This document shows positions 1-12,592 of a DNA stretch of 64,000 bases, piece by piece. Source of the stretch: Auanema rhodensis (lineage: Eukaryota; Animalia; Nematoda); assembly GCA_964057225.1 (NCBI GenBank), contig OZ059894.1:18724001-18788000 (forward strand), in the 5' to 3' direction. Numbering within the stretch: the first letter of the stretch is position 1; each line of letters opens with the position of its first letter. The position numbers and the translations under genes were made by a program. The notes under the pieces are model-generated. The model saw only the letters and a list, made by a program, of their open reading frames with translations. It was not told where the DNA came from and made no database searches.

Positions 1-109
1 AACACAGATCGACGCAGCTTAAAAATCCGCATCGAATGCACTATACTACATTGAGAAACGCTTAATACAAAAATTAGTTATGATCGTTTGAAAAATGATG
101 CATTAGTGT

Positions 110-137
110 ATGTTGAGTTTCCATGTACACTCAACAT
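110..137. other. 28-bp dyad of the monomer, the empty Merlin target site (one per monomer)
   Basis: ATGTTGAGT (110-118) is the reverse complement of ACTCAACAT (129-137). The 10-nt spacer TTCCATGTAC carries the Merlin TSD TCCATGTA at 120-127. Confidence 0.95.
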
Positions 138-150
138 TGCTTCCAAAAAC

Positions 151-185
151 ATTTTGACAAAAATTTTTTCGAAAAATTTCAAAAT
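151..185. other. AT-rich imperfect palindrome centred on TTCGAA (one per monomer)
   Basis: ATTTTGA (151-157) pairs with TCAAAAT (179-185) around the core TTTTTCGAAAAA. The central G is polymorphic (G/A) among monomers. Confidence 0.8.
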
Positions 186-320
186 AATTTAGCAAAAAGT
201 AGATGTTTTTAGATTCCTTTTTTCAAGGCAAAGACGATGGACAATGTTATTCAACGAAAAAAATAATTCTTCAGGGTGAAAATCGAGGATATAAGTGTGA
301 ACTGATATCAGTTGATATCT

Positions 321-385
321 CGGTGCATTTTTAAGCTAGCGCAAATCTGATAACACAGATCGACGCAGCTTAAAAATCCGCATCG
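321..385. other. 65-nt imperfect hairpin (one per monomer)
   Basis: Stems CGGTGC/GCATCG (one G-T pair), ATTTTTAAGCT/AGCTTAAAAAT (11 bp perfect), GCG/CGC and ATCTG/CAGAT close the loop ATAACA. Confidence 0.85.
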
Positions 386-638
386 AATGAACTATACTAC
401 ATTGAGAAACGCTTAATACAAAAATTAGTTATGATCGTTTGAAAAATGATGCATTAGTGTATGTTGAGTTTCCATGTACACTCAACATTGCTTCCAAAAA
501 CATTTTGACAAAAATTTTTTCAAAAAATTTCAAAATAATTTAGCAAAAAGTAGATGTTTTTAGATTCCTTTTTTCAAGGCAAAGACGATGGACAATGTTA
601 TTCAACGAAAAAATTAATTCTTCAGTTTGAAAATCGAG

Positions 639-660
639 GATATAAGTGTGAACTTATATC
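639..660. other. 22-bp dyad GATATAAGT-gtga-ACTTATATC (consensus monomers)
   Basis: Perfect 9-bp arms with a 4-nt loop. The Tc1 insertion TA lies in the left arm of a variant of this dyad. Confidence 0.9.
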
Positions 661-3600
661 AGTTGATATCTCGGTGCATTTTTAAGCTAGCGCAAATCTG
701 ATAACACAGATCGACGCAGCTTAAAAATCCGCATCGAATGCACTATACTACATTGAGAAACGCTTAATACAAAAATTAGTTATGATCGTTTGAAAAATGA
801 TGCATTAGTGTATGTTGAGTTTCCATGTACACTCAACATTGCTTCCAAAAACATTTTGACAAAAATTTTTTCGAAAAATTTCAAAATAATTTAGCAAAAA
901 GTAGATGTTTTTAGATTCCTTTTTTCAAGGCAAAGACGATGGACAATGTTATTCAACGAAAAAATTAATTCTTCAGGGTGAAAATCGAGGATATAAGTGT
1001 GAACTTATATCAGTTGATATCTTGGTGCATTTTTAAGCTAGCGCAAATCTGATAACACAGATCGACGCAGCTTAAAAATCCGCATCGAATGCACTATACT
1101 ACATTGAAAAACGCTTAATACAAAAATTAGTTATGATCGTTTGAAAAATGATGCATTAGTGTATGTTGAGTTTCCATGTACACTCAACATTGCTTCCAAA
1201 AACATTTTGACAAAAATTTTTTCAAAAAATTTCAAAATAATTTAGCAAAAAGTAGATGTTTTTAGATTCCTTTTTTCAAGGCAAAGACGATGGACAATGT
1301 TATTCAACGAAAAAATTAATTCTTCAGGGTGAAAATCGAGGATATAAGTGTGAACTTATATCAGTTGATATCTCGGTGCATTTTTAAGCTAGCGCAAATC
1401 TGATAACACAGATCGACGCAGCTTAAAAATCCGCATCGAATGCACTATACTACATTGAGAAACGCTTAATACAAAAATTAGTTATGATCGTTTGAAAAAT
1501 GATGCATTAGTGTATGTTGAGTTTCCATGTACACTCAACATTGCTTCCAAAAACATTTTGACAAAAATTTTTTCGAAAAATTTCAAAATAATTTAGCAAA
1601 AAGTAGATGTTTTTAGATTCCTTTTTTCAAGGCAAAGACGATGGACAATGTTATTCAACGAAAAAATTAATTCTTCAGGGTGAAAATCGAGGATATAAGT
1701 GTGAACTTATATCAGTTGATATCTTGGTGCATTTTTAAGCTAGCGCAAATCTGATAACACAGATCGACGCAGCTTAAAAATCCGCATCGAATGCACTATA
1801 CTACATTGAAAAACGCTTAATACAAAAATTAGTTATGATCGTTTGAAAAATGATGCATTAGTGTATGTTGAGTTTCCATGTACACTCAACATTGCTTCCA
1901 AAAACATTTTGACAAAAATTTTTTCGAAAAATTTCAAAATAATTTAGCAAAAAGTAGATGTTTTTAGATTCCTTTTTTCAAGGCAAAGACGATGGACAAT
2001 GTTATTCAACGAAAAAAATAATTCTTCAGGGTGAAAATCGAGGATATAAGTGTGAACTTATATCAGTTGATATCTCGGTGCATTTTTAAGCTAGCGCAAA
2101 TCTGATAACACAGATCGACGCAGCTTAAAAATCCGCATCGAATGCACTATACTACATTGAGAAACGCTTAATACAAAAATTAGTTATGATCGTTTGAAAA
2201 ATGATGCATTAGTGTATGTTGAGTTTCCATGTACACTCAACATTGCTTCCAAAAACATTTTGACAAAAATTTTTTCAAAAAATTTCAAAATAATTTAGCA
2301 AAAAGTAGATGTTTTTAGATTCCTTTTTTCAAGGCAAAGACGATGGACAATGTTATTCAACGAAAAAATTAATTCTTCAGGGTGAAAATCGAGGATATAA
2401 GTGTGAACTTATATCAGTTGATATCTCGGTGCATTTTTAAGCTAGCGCAAATCTGATAACACAGATCGACGCAGCTTAAAAATCCGCATCGAATGCACTA
2501 TACTACATTGAGAAACGCTTAATACAAAAATTAGTTATGATCGTTTGAAAAATGATGCATTAGTGTATGTTGAGTTTCCATGTACACTCAACATTGCTTC
2601 CAAAAACATTTTGACAAAAATTTTTTCGAAAAATTTCAAAATAATTTAGCAAAAAGTAGATGTTTTTAGATTTCTTTTTTCAAGGCAAAGACGATGGACA
2701 ATGTTATTCAACGAAAAAAATAATTCTTCAGGGTGAAAATCGAGGATATAAGTGTGAACTTATATCAGTTGATATCTCGGTGCATTTTTAAGCTAGCGCA
2801 AATCTGATAACACAGATCGACGCAGCTTAAAAATCCGCATCGAATGCACTATACTACATTGAGAAACGCTTAATACAAAAATTAGTTATGATCGTTTGAA
2901 AAATGATGCATTAGTGTATGTTGAGTTTCCATGTACACTCAACATTGCTTCCAAAAACATTTTGACAAAAATTTTTTCGAAAAATTTCAAAATAATTTAG
3001 CAAAAAGTAGATGTTTTTAGATTCCTTTTTTCAAGGCAAAGACGATGGACAATGTTATTCAACGAAAAAAATAATTCTTCAGGGTGAAAATCGAGGATAT
3101 AAGTGTGAACTTATATCAGTTGATATCTCGGTGCATTTTTAAGCTAGCGCAAATCTGATAACACAGATCGACGCAGCTTAAAAATCCGCATCGAATGCAC
3201 TATACTACATTGAGAAACGCTTAATACAAAAATTAGTTATGATCGTTTGAAAAATGATGCATTAGTGTATGTTGAGTTTCCATGTACACTCAACATTGCT
3301 TCCAAAAACATTTTGACAAAAATTTTTTCGAAAAATTTCAAAATAATTTAGCAAAAAGTAGATGTTTTTAGATTTCTTTTTTCAAGGCAAAGACGATGGA
3401 CAATGTTATTCAACGAAAAAAATAATTCTTCAGGGTGAAAATCGAGGATATAAGTGTGAACTTATATCAGTTGATATCTCGGTGCATTTTTAAGCTAGCG
3501 CAAATCTGATAACACAGATCGACGCAGCTTAAAAATCCGCATCGAATGCACTATACTACATTGAGAAACGCTTAATACAAAAATTAGTTATGATCGTTTG

Positions 3601-6600
3601 AAAAATGATGCATTAGTGTATGTTGAGTTTCCATGTACACTCAACATTGCTTCCAAAAACATTTTGACAAAAATTTTTTCGAAAAATTTCAAAATAATTT
3701 AGCAAAAAGTAGATGTTTTTAGATTCCTTTTTTCAAGGCAAAGACGATGGACAATGTTATTCAACGAAAAAAATAATTCTTCAGGGTGAAAATCGAGGAT
3801 ATAAGTGTGAACTGATATCAGTTGATATCTCGGTGCATTTTTAAGCTAGCGCAAATCTGATAACACAGATCGACGCAGCTTAAAAATCCGCATCGAATGC
3901 ACTATACTACATTGAGAAACGCTTAATACAAAAATTAGTTATAATCGTTTGAAAAATGATGCATTAGTGTATGTTGAGTTTCCATGTACACTCAACATTG
4001 CTTCCAAAAACATTTTGACAAAAATTTTTTCAAAAAATTTCAAAATAATTTAGCAAAAAGTAGATGTTTTTAGATTCCTTTTTTCAAGGCAAAGACGATG
4101 GACAATGTAATTCAACGAAAAAATTAATTCTTCAGTTTGAAAATCGAGGATATAAGTGTGAACTTATATCAGTTGATATCTCGGTGCATTTTTAAGCTAG
4201 CGCAAATCTGATAACACAGATCGACGCAGCTTAAAAATCCGCATCGAATGCACTATACTACATTGAGAAACGCTTAATACAAAAATTAGTTATGATCGTT
4301 TGAAAAATGATGCATTAGTGTATGTTGAGTTTCCATGTACACTCAACATTGCTTCCAAAAACATTTTGACAAAAATTTTTTCGAAAAATTTCAAAATAAT
4401 TTAGCAAAAAGTAGATGTTTTTAGATTCCTTTTTTCAAGGCAAAGACGATGGACAATGTTATTCAACGAAAAAAATAATTCTTCAGGGTGAAAATCGAGG
4501 ATATAAGTGTGAACTTATATCAGTTGATATCTCGGTGCATTTTTAAGCTAGCGCAAATCTGATAACACAGATCGACGCAGCTTAAAAATCCGCATCGAAT
4601 GCACTATACTACATTGAGAAACGCTTAATACAAAAATTAGTTATGATCGTTTGAAAAATGATGCATTAGTGTATGTTGAGTTTCCATGTACACTCAACAT
4701 TGCTTCCAAAAACATTTTGACAAAAATTTTTTCAAAAAATTTCAAAATAATTTAGCAAAAAGTAGATGTTTTTAGATTCCTTTTTTCAAGGCAAAGACGA
4801 TGGACAATGTTATTCAACGAAAAAATTAATTCTTCAGGGTGAAAATCGAGGATATAAGTGTGAACTTATATCAGTTGATATCTCGGTGCATTTTTAAGCT
4901 AGCGCAAATCTGATAACACAGATCGACGCAGCTTAAAAATCCGCATCGAATGCACTATACTACATTGAGAAACGCTTAATACAAAAATTAGTTATGATCG
5001 TTTGAAAAATGATGCATTAGTGTATGTTGAGTTTCCATGTACACTCAACATTGCTTCCAAAAACATTTTGACAAAAATTTTTTCGAAAAATTTCAAAATA
5101 ATTTAGCAAAAAGTAGATGTTTTTAGATTCCTTTTTTCAAGGCAAAGACGATGGACAATGTTATTCAACGAAAAAATTAATTCTTCAGGGTGAAAATCGA
5201 GGATATAAGTGTGAACTTATATCAGTTGATATCTCGGTGCATTTTTAAGCTAGCGCAAATCTGATAACACAGATCGACGCAGCTTAAAAATCCGCATCGA
5301 ATGCACTATACTACATTGAGAAACGCTTAATACAAAAATTAGTTATGATCGTTTGAAAAATGATGCATTAGTGTATGTTGAGTTTCCATGTACACTCAAC
5401 ATTGCTTCCAAAAACATTTTGACAAAAATTTTTTCAAAAAATTTCAAAATAATTTAGCAAAAAGTAGATGTTTTTAGATTCCTTTTTTCAAGGCAAAGAC
5501 GATGGACAATGTTATTCAACGAAAAAATTAATTCTTCAGGGTGAAAATCGAGGATATAAGTGTGAACTTATATCAGTTGATATCTCGGTGCATTTTTAAG
5601 CTAGCGCAAATCTGATAACACAGATCGACGCAGCTTAAAAATCCGCATCGAATGCACTATACTACATTGAGAAACGCTTAATACAAAAATTAGTTATGAT
5701 CGTTTGAAAAATGATGCATTAGTGTATGTTGAGTTTCCATGTACACTCAACATTGCTTCCAAAAACATTTTGACAAAAATTTTTTCGAAAAATTTCAAAA
5801 TAATTTAGCAAAAAGTAGATGTTTTTAGATTCCTTTTTTCAAGGCAAAGACGATGGACAATGTTATTCAACGAAAAAATTAATTCTTCAGGGTGAAAATC
5901 GAGGATATAAGTGTGAACTTATATCAGTTGATATCTCGGTGCATTTTTAAGCTAGCGCAAATCTGATAACACAGATCGACGCAGCTTAAAAATCCGCATC
6001 GAATGCACTATACTACATTGAGAAACGCTTAATACAAAAATTAGTTATGATCGTTTGAAAAATGATGCATTAGTGTATGTTGAGTTTCCATGTACACTCA
6101 ACATTGCTTCCAAAAACATTTTGACAAAAATTTTTTCAAAAAATTTCAAAATAATTTAGCAAAAAGTAGATGTTTTTAGATTCCTTTTTTCAAGGCAAAG
6201 ACGATGGACAATGTTATTCAACGAAAAAATTAATTCTTCAGGGTGAAAATCGAGGATATAAGTGTGAACTTATATCAGTTGATATCTCGGTGCATTTTTA
6301 AGCTAGCGCAAATCTGATAACACAGATCGACGCAGCTTAAAAATCCGCATCGAATGCACTATACTACATTGAGAAACGCTTAATACAAAAATTAGTTATG
6401 ATCGTTTGAAAAATGATGCATTAGTGTATGTTGAGTTTCCATGTACACTCAACATTGCTTCCAAAAACATTTTGACAAAAATTTTTTCGAAAAATTTCAA
6501 AATAATTTAGCAAAAAGTAGATGTTTTTAGATTCCTTTTTTCAAGGCAAAGACGATGGACAATGTTATTCAACGAAAAAAATAATTCTTCAGGGTGAAAA

Positions 6601-9600
6601 TCGAGGATATAAGTGTGAACTTATATCAGTTGATATCTCGGTGCATTTTTAAGCTAGCGCAAATCTGATAACACAGATCGACGCAGCTTAAAAATCCGCA
6701 TCGAATGCACTATACTACATTGAGAAACGCTTAATACAAAAATTAGTTATGATCGTTTGAAAAATGATGCATTAGTGTATGTTGAGTTTCCATGTACACT
6801 CAACATTGCTTCCAAAAACATTTTGACAAAAATTTTTTCAAAAAATTTCAAAATAATTTAGCAAAAAGTAGATGTTTTTAGATTCCTTTTTTCAAGGCAA
6901 AGACGATGGACAATGTTATTCAACGAAAAAATTAATTCTTCAGGGTGAAAATCGAGGATATAAGTGTGAACTTATATCAGTTGATATCTCGGTGCATTTT
7001 TAAGCTAGCGCAAATCTGATAACACAGATCGACGCAGCTTAAAAATCCGCATCGAATGCACTATACTACATTGAGAAACGCTTAATACAAAAATTAGTTA
7101 TGATCGTTTGAAAAATGATGCATTAGTGTATGTTGAGTTTCCATGTACACTCAACATTGCTTCCAAAAACATTTTGACAAAAATTTTTTCAAAAAATTTC
7201 AAAATAATTTAGCAAAAAGTAGATGTTTTTAGATTCCTTTTTTCAAGGCAAAGACGATGGACAATGTTATTCAACGAAAAAATTAATTCTTCAGGGTGAA
7301 AATCGAGGATATAAGTGTGAACTTATATCAGTTGATATCTCGGTGCATTTTTAAGCTAGCGCAAATCTGATAACACAGATCGACGCAGCTTAAAAATCCG
7401 CATCGAATGCACTATACTACATTGAGAAACGCTTAATACAAAAATTAGTTATGATCGTTTGAAAAATGATGCATTAGTGTATGTTGAGTTTCCATGTACA
7501 CTCAACATTGCTTCCAAAAACATTTTGACAAAAATTTTTTCGAAAAATTTCAAAATAATTTAGCAAAAAGTAGATGTTTTTAGATTCCTTTTTTCAAGGC
7601 AAAGACGATGGACAATGTTATTCAACGAAAAAGTTAATTCTTCAGGGTGAAAATCGAGGATATAAGTGTGAACTTATATCAGTTGATATCTCGGTGCATT
7701 TTTAAGCTAGCGCAAATCTGATAACACAGATCGACGCAGCTTAAAAATCCGCATCGAATGCACTATACTACATTGAGAAACGCTTAATACAAAAATTAGT
7801 TATGATCGTTTGAAAAATGATGCATTAGTGTATGTTGAGTTTCCATGTACACTCAACATTGCTTCCAAAAACATTTTGACAAAAATTTTTTCAAAAAATT
7901 TCAAAATAATTTAGCAAAAAGTAGATGTTTTTAGATTCCTTTTTTCAAGGCAAAGACGATGGACAATGTTATTCAACGAAAAAATTAATTCTTCAGGGTG
8001 AAAATCGAGGATATAAGTGTGAACTTATATCAGTTGATATCTCGGTGCATTTTTAAGCTAGCGCAAATCTGATAACACAGATCGACGCAGCTTAAAAATC
8101 CGCATCGAATGCACTATACTACATTGAGAAACGCTTAATACAAAAATTAGTTATGATCGTTTGAAAAATGATGCATTAGTGTATGTTGAGTTTCCATGTA
8201 CACTCAACATTGCTTCCAAAAACATTTTGACAAAAATTTTTTCAAAAAATTTCAAAATAATTTAGCAAAAAGTAGATGTTTTTAGATTCCTTTTTTCAAG
8301 GCAAAGACGATGGACAATGTTATTCAACGAAAAAATTAATTCTTCAGGGTGAAAATCGAGGATATAAGTGTGAACTTATATCAGTTGATATCTCGGTGCA
8401 TTTTTAAGCTAGCGCAAATCTGATAACACAGATCGACGCAGCTTAAAAATCCGCATCGAATGCACTATACTACATTGAGAAACGCTTAATACAAAAATTA
8501 GTTATGATCGTTTGAAAAATGATGCATTAGTGTATGTTGAGTTTCCATGTACACTCAACATTGCTTCCAAAAACATTTTGACAAAAATTTTTTCGAAAAA
8601 TTTCAAAATAATTTAGCAAAAAGTAGATGTTTTTAGATTCCTTTTTTCAAGGCAAAGACGATGGACAATGTTATTCAACGAAAAAAATAATTCTTCAGGG
8701 TGAAAATCGAGGATATAAGTGTGAACTTATATCAGTTGATATCTCGGTGCATTTTTAAGCTAGCGCAAATCTGATAACACAGATCGACGCAGCTTAAAAA
8801 TCCGCATCGAATGCACTATACTACATTGAGAAACGCTTAATACAAAAATTAGTTATGATCGTTTGAAAAATGATGCATTAGTGTATGTTGAGTTTCCATG
8901 TACACTCAACATTGCTTCCAAAAACATTTTGACAAAAATTTTTTCGAAAAATTTCAAAATAATTTAGCAAAAAGTAGATGTTTTTAGATTCCTTTTTTCA
9001 AGGCAAAGACGATGGACAATGTTATTCAACGAAAAAATTAATTCTTCAGGGTGAAAATCGAGGATATAAGTGTGAACTTATATCAGTTGATATCTCGGTG
9101 CATTTTTAAGCTAGCGCAAATCTGATAACACAGATCGACGCAGCTTAAAAATCCGCATCGAATGCACTATACTACATTGAGAAACGCTTAATACAAAAAT
9201 TAGTTATGATCGTTTGAAAAATGATGCATTAGTGTATGTTGAGTTTCCATGTACACTCAACATTGCTTCCAAAAACATTTTGACAAAAATTTTTTCGAAA
9301 AATTTCAAAATAATTTAGCAAAAAGTAGATGTTTTTAGATTCCTTTTTTCAAGGCAAAGACGATGGACAATGTTATTCAACGAAAAATTTAATTCTTCAG
9401 GGTGAAAATTGAGGATATAAGTGTGAACTTATATCAGTTGATATCTCGGTGCATTTTTAAGCTAGCGCAAATCTGTTAACACAGATCAACGCAGCTTAAA
9501 AATCCGCATCGAATGCACTATACTACATTGAGAAACGCTTAATACAAAAATTAGTTATGATCGTTTGAAAAATGATGCATTAGTGTATGTTGAGTTTCCA

Positions 9601-11560
9601 TGTACACTCAACATTGCTTCCAAAAACGTTTTGACAAAAATTTTTTCGAAAAATTTCAAAATAATTTAGCAAAAAGTAGATGTTTTTAGATTCCTTTTTT
9701 CAAGGCAAAGACGATGGACAATGTTATTCAACGAAAAAAATAATTCTTCAGGGTGAAAATCGAGGATATAAGTGTGAACTTATATCAGTTGATATCTCGG
9801 TGCATTTTTAAGCTAGCGCAAATCTGATAACACAGATCGACGCAGCTTAAAAATCCGCATCGAATGCACTATACTACATTGAGAAACGCTTAATACAAAA
9901 ATTAGTTATGATCGTTTGAAAAATGATGCATTAGTGTATGTTGAGTTTCCATGTACACTCAACATTGCTTCCAAAAACATTTTGACAAAAATTTTTTCAA
10001 AAAATTTCAAAATAATTTAGCAAAAAGTAGATGTTTTTAGATTCCTTTTTTCAAGGCAAAGACGATGGACAATGTTATTCAACGAAAAAAATAATTCTTC
10101 AGGGTGAAAATCGAGGATATATATGTGTGAACTTATATCAGTTGATATCTCGGTGCATTTTTAAGCTAGCGCAAATCTGATAACACAGATCGACGCAGCT
10201 TAAAAATCCGCATCGAATGCACTATACTACATTGAGAAACGCTTAATACAAAAATTAGTTATGATCGTTTGAAAAATGATGCATTAGTGTATGTTGAGTT
10301 TCCATGTACACTGAACATTGCTTCCAAAAACATTTTGACAAAAATTTTTTCAAAAAATTTCAAAATAATTTAGCAAAAAGTAGATGTTTTTAGATTCCTT
10401 TTTTCAAGGCAAAGACGATGGACAATGTTATTCAACGAAAAAATTAATTCTTCAGGGTGAAAATCGAGGATATAAGTGTGAACTTATATCAGTTGATATC
10501 TCGGTGCATTTTTAAGCTAGCGCAAATCTGATAACACAGATCGACGCAGCTTAAAAATCCGCATCGAATGCACTATACTACATTGAGAAACGCTTAATAC
10601 AAAAATTAGTTATGATCGTTTGAAAAATGATGCATTAGTGTATGTTGAGTTTCCATGTACACTCAACATTGCTTCCAAAAACATTTTGACAAAAATTTTT
10701 TCGAAAAATTTCAAAATAATTTAGCAAAAAGTAGATGTTTTTAGATTCCTTTTTTCAAGGCAAAGACGATGGACAATGTTATTCAACGAAAAAAATAATT
10801 CTTCAGGGTGAAAATCGAGGATATAAGTGTGAACTTATATCAGTTGATATCTCGGTGCATTTTTAAGCTAGCGCAAATCTGATAACACAGATCGACGCAG
10901 CTTAAAAATCCGCATCGAATGCACTATACTACATTGAGAAACGCTTAATACAAAAATTAGTTATGATCGTTTGAAAAATGATGCATTAGTGTATGTTGAG
11001 TTTCCATGTACACTCAACATTGCTTCCAAAAACATTTTGACAAAAATTTTTTCGAAAAATTTCAAAATAATTTAGCAAAAAGTAGATGTTTTTAGATTCC
11101 TTTTTTCAAGGCAAAGACGATGGACAATGTTATTCAACGAAAAAAATAATTCTTCAGGGTGAAAATCGAGGATATATATGTGTGAACTTATATCAGTTGA
11201 TATCTCGGTGCATTTTTAAGCTAGCGCAAATCTGATAACACAGATCGACGCAGCTTAAAAATCCGCATCGAATGCACTATACTACATTGAGAAACGCTTA
11301 ATACAAAAATTAGTTATGATCGTTTGAAAAATGATGCATTAGTGTATGTTGAGTTTCCATGTAGGCTCTAGTGCAGTTTTTCCCCCCCCCCGCCTAAGCC
11401 CCGCCCCTTTTGCCAAACGGTGCATACTTTTTGTCAACCTGTATAATTTTAAACCGGCGGGAGACATACCTTTCAGAACGGGGGGTTTGGGGGGTTTACC
11501 CCCCATTCTCGGTGTTTAGTTTTGATTTACTTTTGATTAAATTTAATTATAATATTTTTA

Positions 11561-12488
11561 TTATTCACGGTTATTAATATCATTCATAAAATCATTAATA
11601 TCACATAACATATTTTCAAAAAGGTCTGAATTTATGTGTCTACGGCGCCACATAAATTCACACAAATAACCATCTAACATGTGAGTCTGTACCCCCCATA
11701 AACGCTTAAATTTGGCTTTCGCAATGTTCCAAACTCCCTCTATAGTATTAGTATGAGCTGCGGTTTCGGGGTCAACAAAATTATATGTATGGTTAACCGT
11801 CAGATGGGTGTATTGCTTGTTTAAAGATTCTAACCCCCCATAAGCGCGCCAGCAGTCTGATATTATAGTACTTCCAGGATTTATTGAGAACTCAATACAT
11901 TCCTGGAGAGTAGCTCTACTTCTATCAGGCACTGCATACAAAAAACATTCCTTTGTCTCACGACATATCCCCCCAAACACCCATTGCTCTGGCTTAACCC
12001 TACCAACATTATATTTACGCTTAGATACAAGGGTCTCATCTATCTCTACAGTCATATTAGGGCCCCCTATTTTAACTGGATTTTTTAAAAGGGAGTGGGC
12101 ACAGACCTCACGTAAAAAATTATTATAGTCTACTACAGTATGATTGGATCCTATTCCCAGCTCATCTTTGCAAAATTGAACTGTAGTATACTCCTTTGTC
12201 CAACAGTAGATGAAGAGTATGAAGTTAGCATACGATAAGTGAGAACCTATTTAATTTTAATTATTTACATCTTAAATGTGAAGCTATACCTTCTAAAAAT
12301 GTTCTTTTTTTTAATTGCTGTTCTTTCCTACAGCTTTTTTTGGGGCATCTCCACCGTTCACGCTCTATTGAGAGCTTCATTTCAGATTGGCAGAGGCTAC
12401 AGATCATAGCATCTGGTAACAACCCCTTTTTTTGCAAAAATCGAATTGCATTTTCTTTAGTTGCAACTTTATCTCTTAGAGCGAACAT
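11561..12488 (-). CDS. Merlin transposase, 294 aa, two exons (12488-12290, 12246-11561)
   Basis: Removing the 43-bp intron 12247-12289 (GTATAG...AAATAG) joins ...RTFLE-G-SHLSYANFILFIYCW...KIGGPNMTVEIDETLV in frame. It has an N-terminal CxxC...CxxxxC zinc ribbon and the catalytic motifs VEIDE, IISDCW and HTNTIEG. This copy has a private K for E (FLQKK). Confidence 0.93.
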
Positions 12489-12582
12489 GCTGTCAGATTG
12501 ACTTCGAGATATCGATTGTTTTTTATTTGATATTTATTATAATTTTTTTAATTTTTAAGCAACTGTGTGCTTTTCGGCAAAA

Positions 12583-12592
12583 GGGGCGGGGC
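12583..12592 (+). promoter_or_regulatory. GC-box-like GGGGCGGGGC inside the Merlin TIR, ~95 bp upstream of the transposase ATG
   Basis: Matches the Sp1/KLF GC-box consensus. It is present in both TIRs, so it may simply be a transposase-binding motif. Confidence 0.25.

Noticed and set aside
167-183. CENP-B box
   Set aside because: TTCG and the central A are present, but the required CGGG is absent.
215-285. CUGAAGA on the minus strand followed later by GAAA, suggesting a satellite-embedded hammerhead ribozyme
   Set aside because: No stem II closes directly onto GAAA, and I could not build convincing stems I and III by eye. An Rfam/RNAMotif search would be needed to overturn this.
1-351. Monomer as a 5S, 5.8S, tRNA or spliced-leader RNA repeat (GAATGCAC, ACGCAGCT, Sm-like AATTTTTGT on the minus strand)
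   Set aside because: Only 8-9 nt matches. There is no SL1 leader, no cloverleaf and no extended rRNA similarity.
1-351. 351-bp monomer as a dimer of ~175-bp nucleosome-sized subunits
   Set aside because: The length fits, but I see no alignable similarity between the two halves.
1-11363. CRISPR-like array
   Set aside because: Units are near-identical over their full length with no unique spacers and no cas genes, and the context is eukaryotic.
11677-11692. ATGTGAGTCTGTAC in Merlin resembles the target ATGTTGAGTTTCCATGTAC; other 8-10 nt Merlin/satellite matches (CGGTGCAT, GATATCTCG, ATTTTTAAGC) might suggest a guide RNA or shared origin
   Set aside because: The match is gapped and lies within coding sequence. 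Matches this short are expected by chance between AT-rich sequences of these lengths, so there is no support for RNA-guided targeting.
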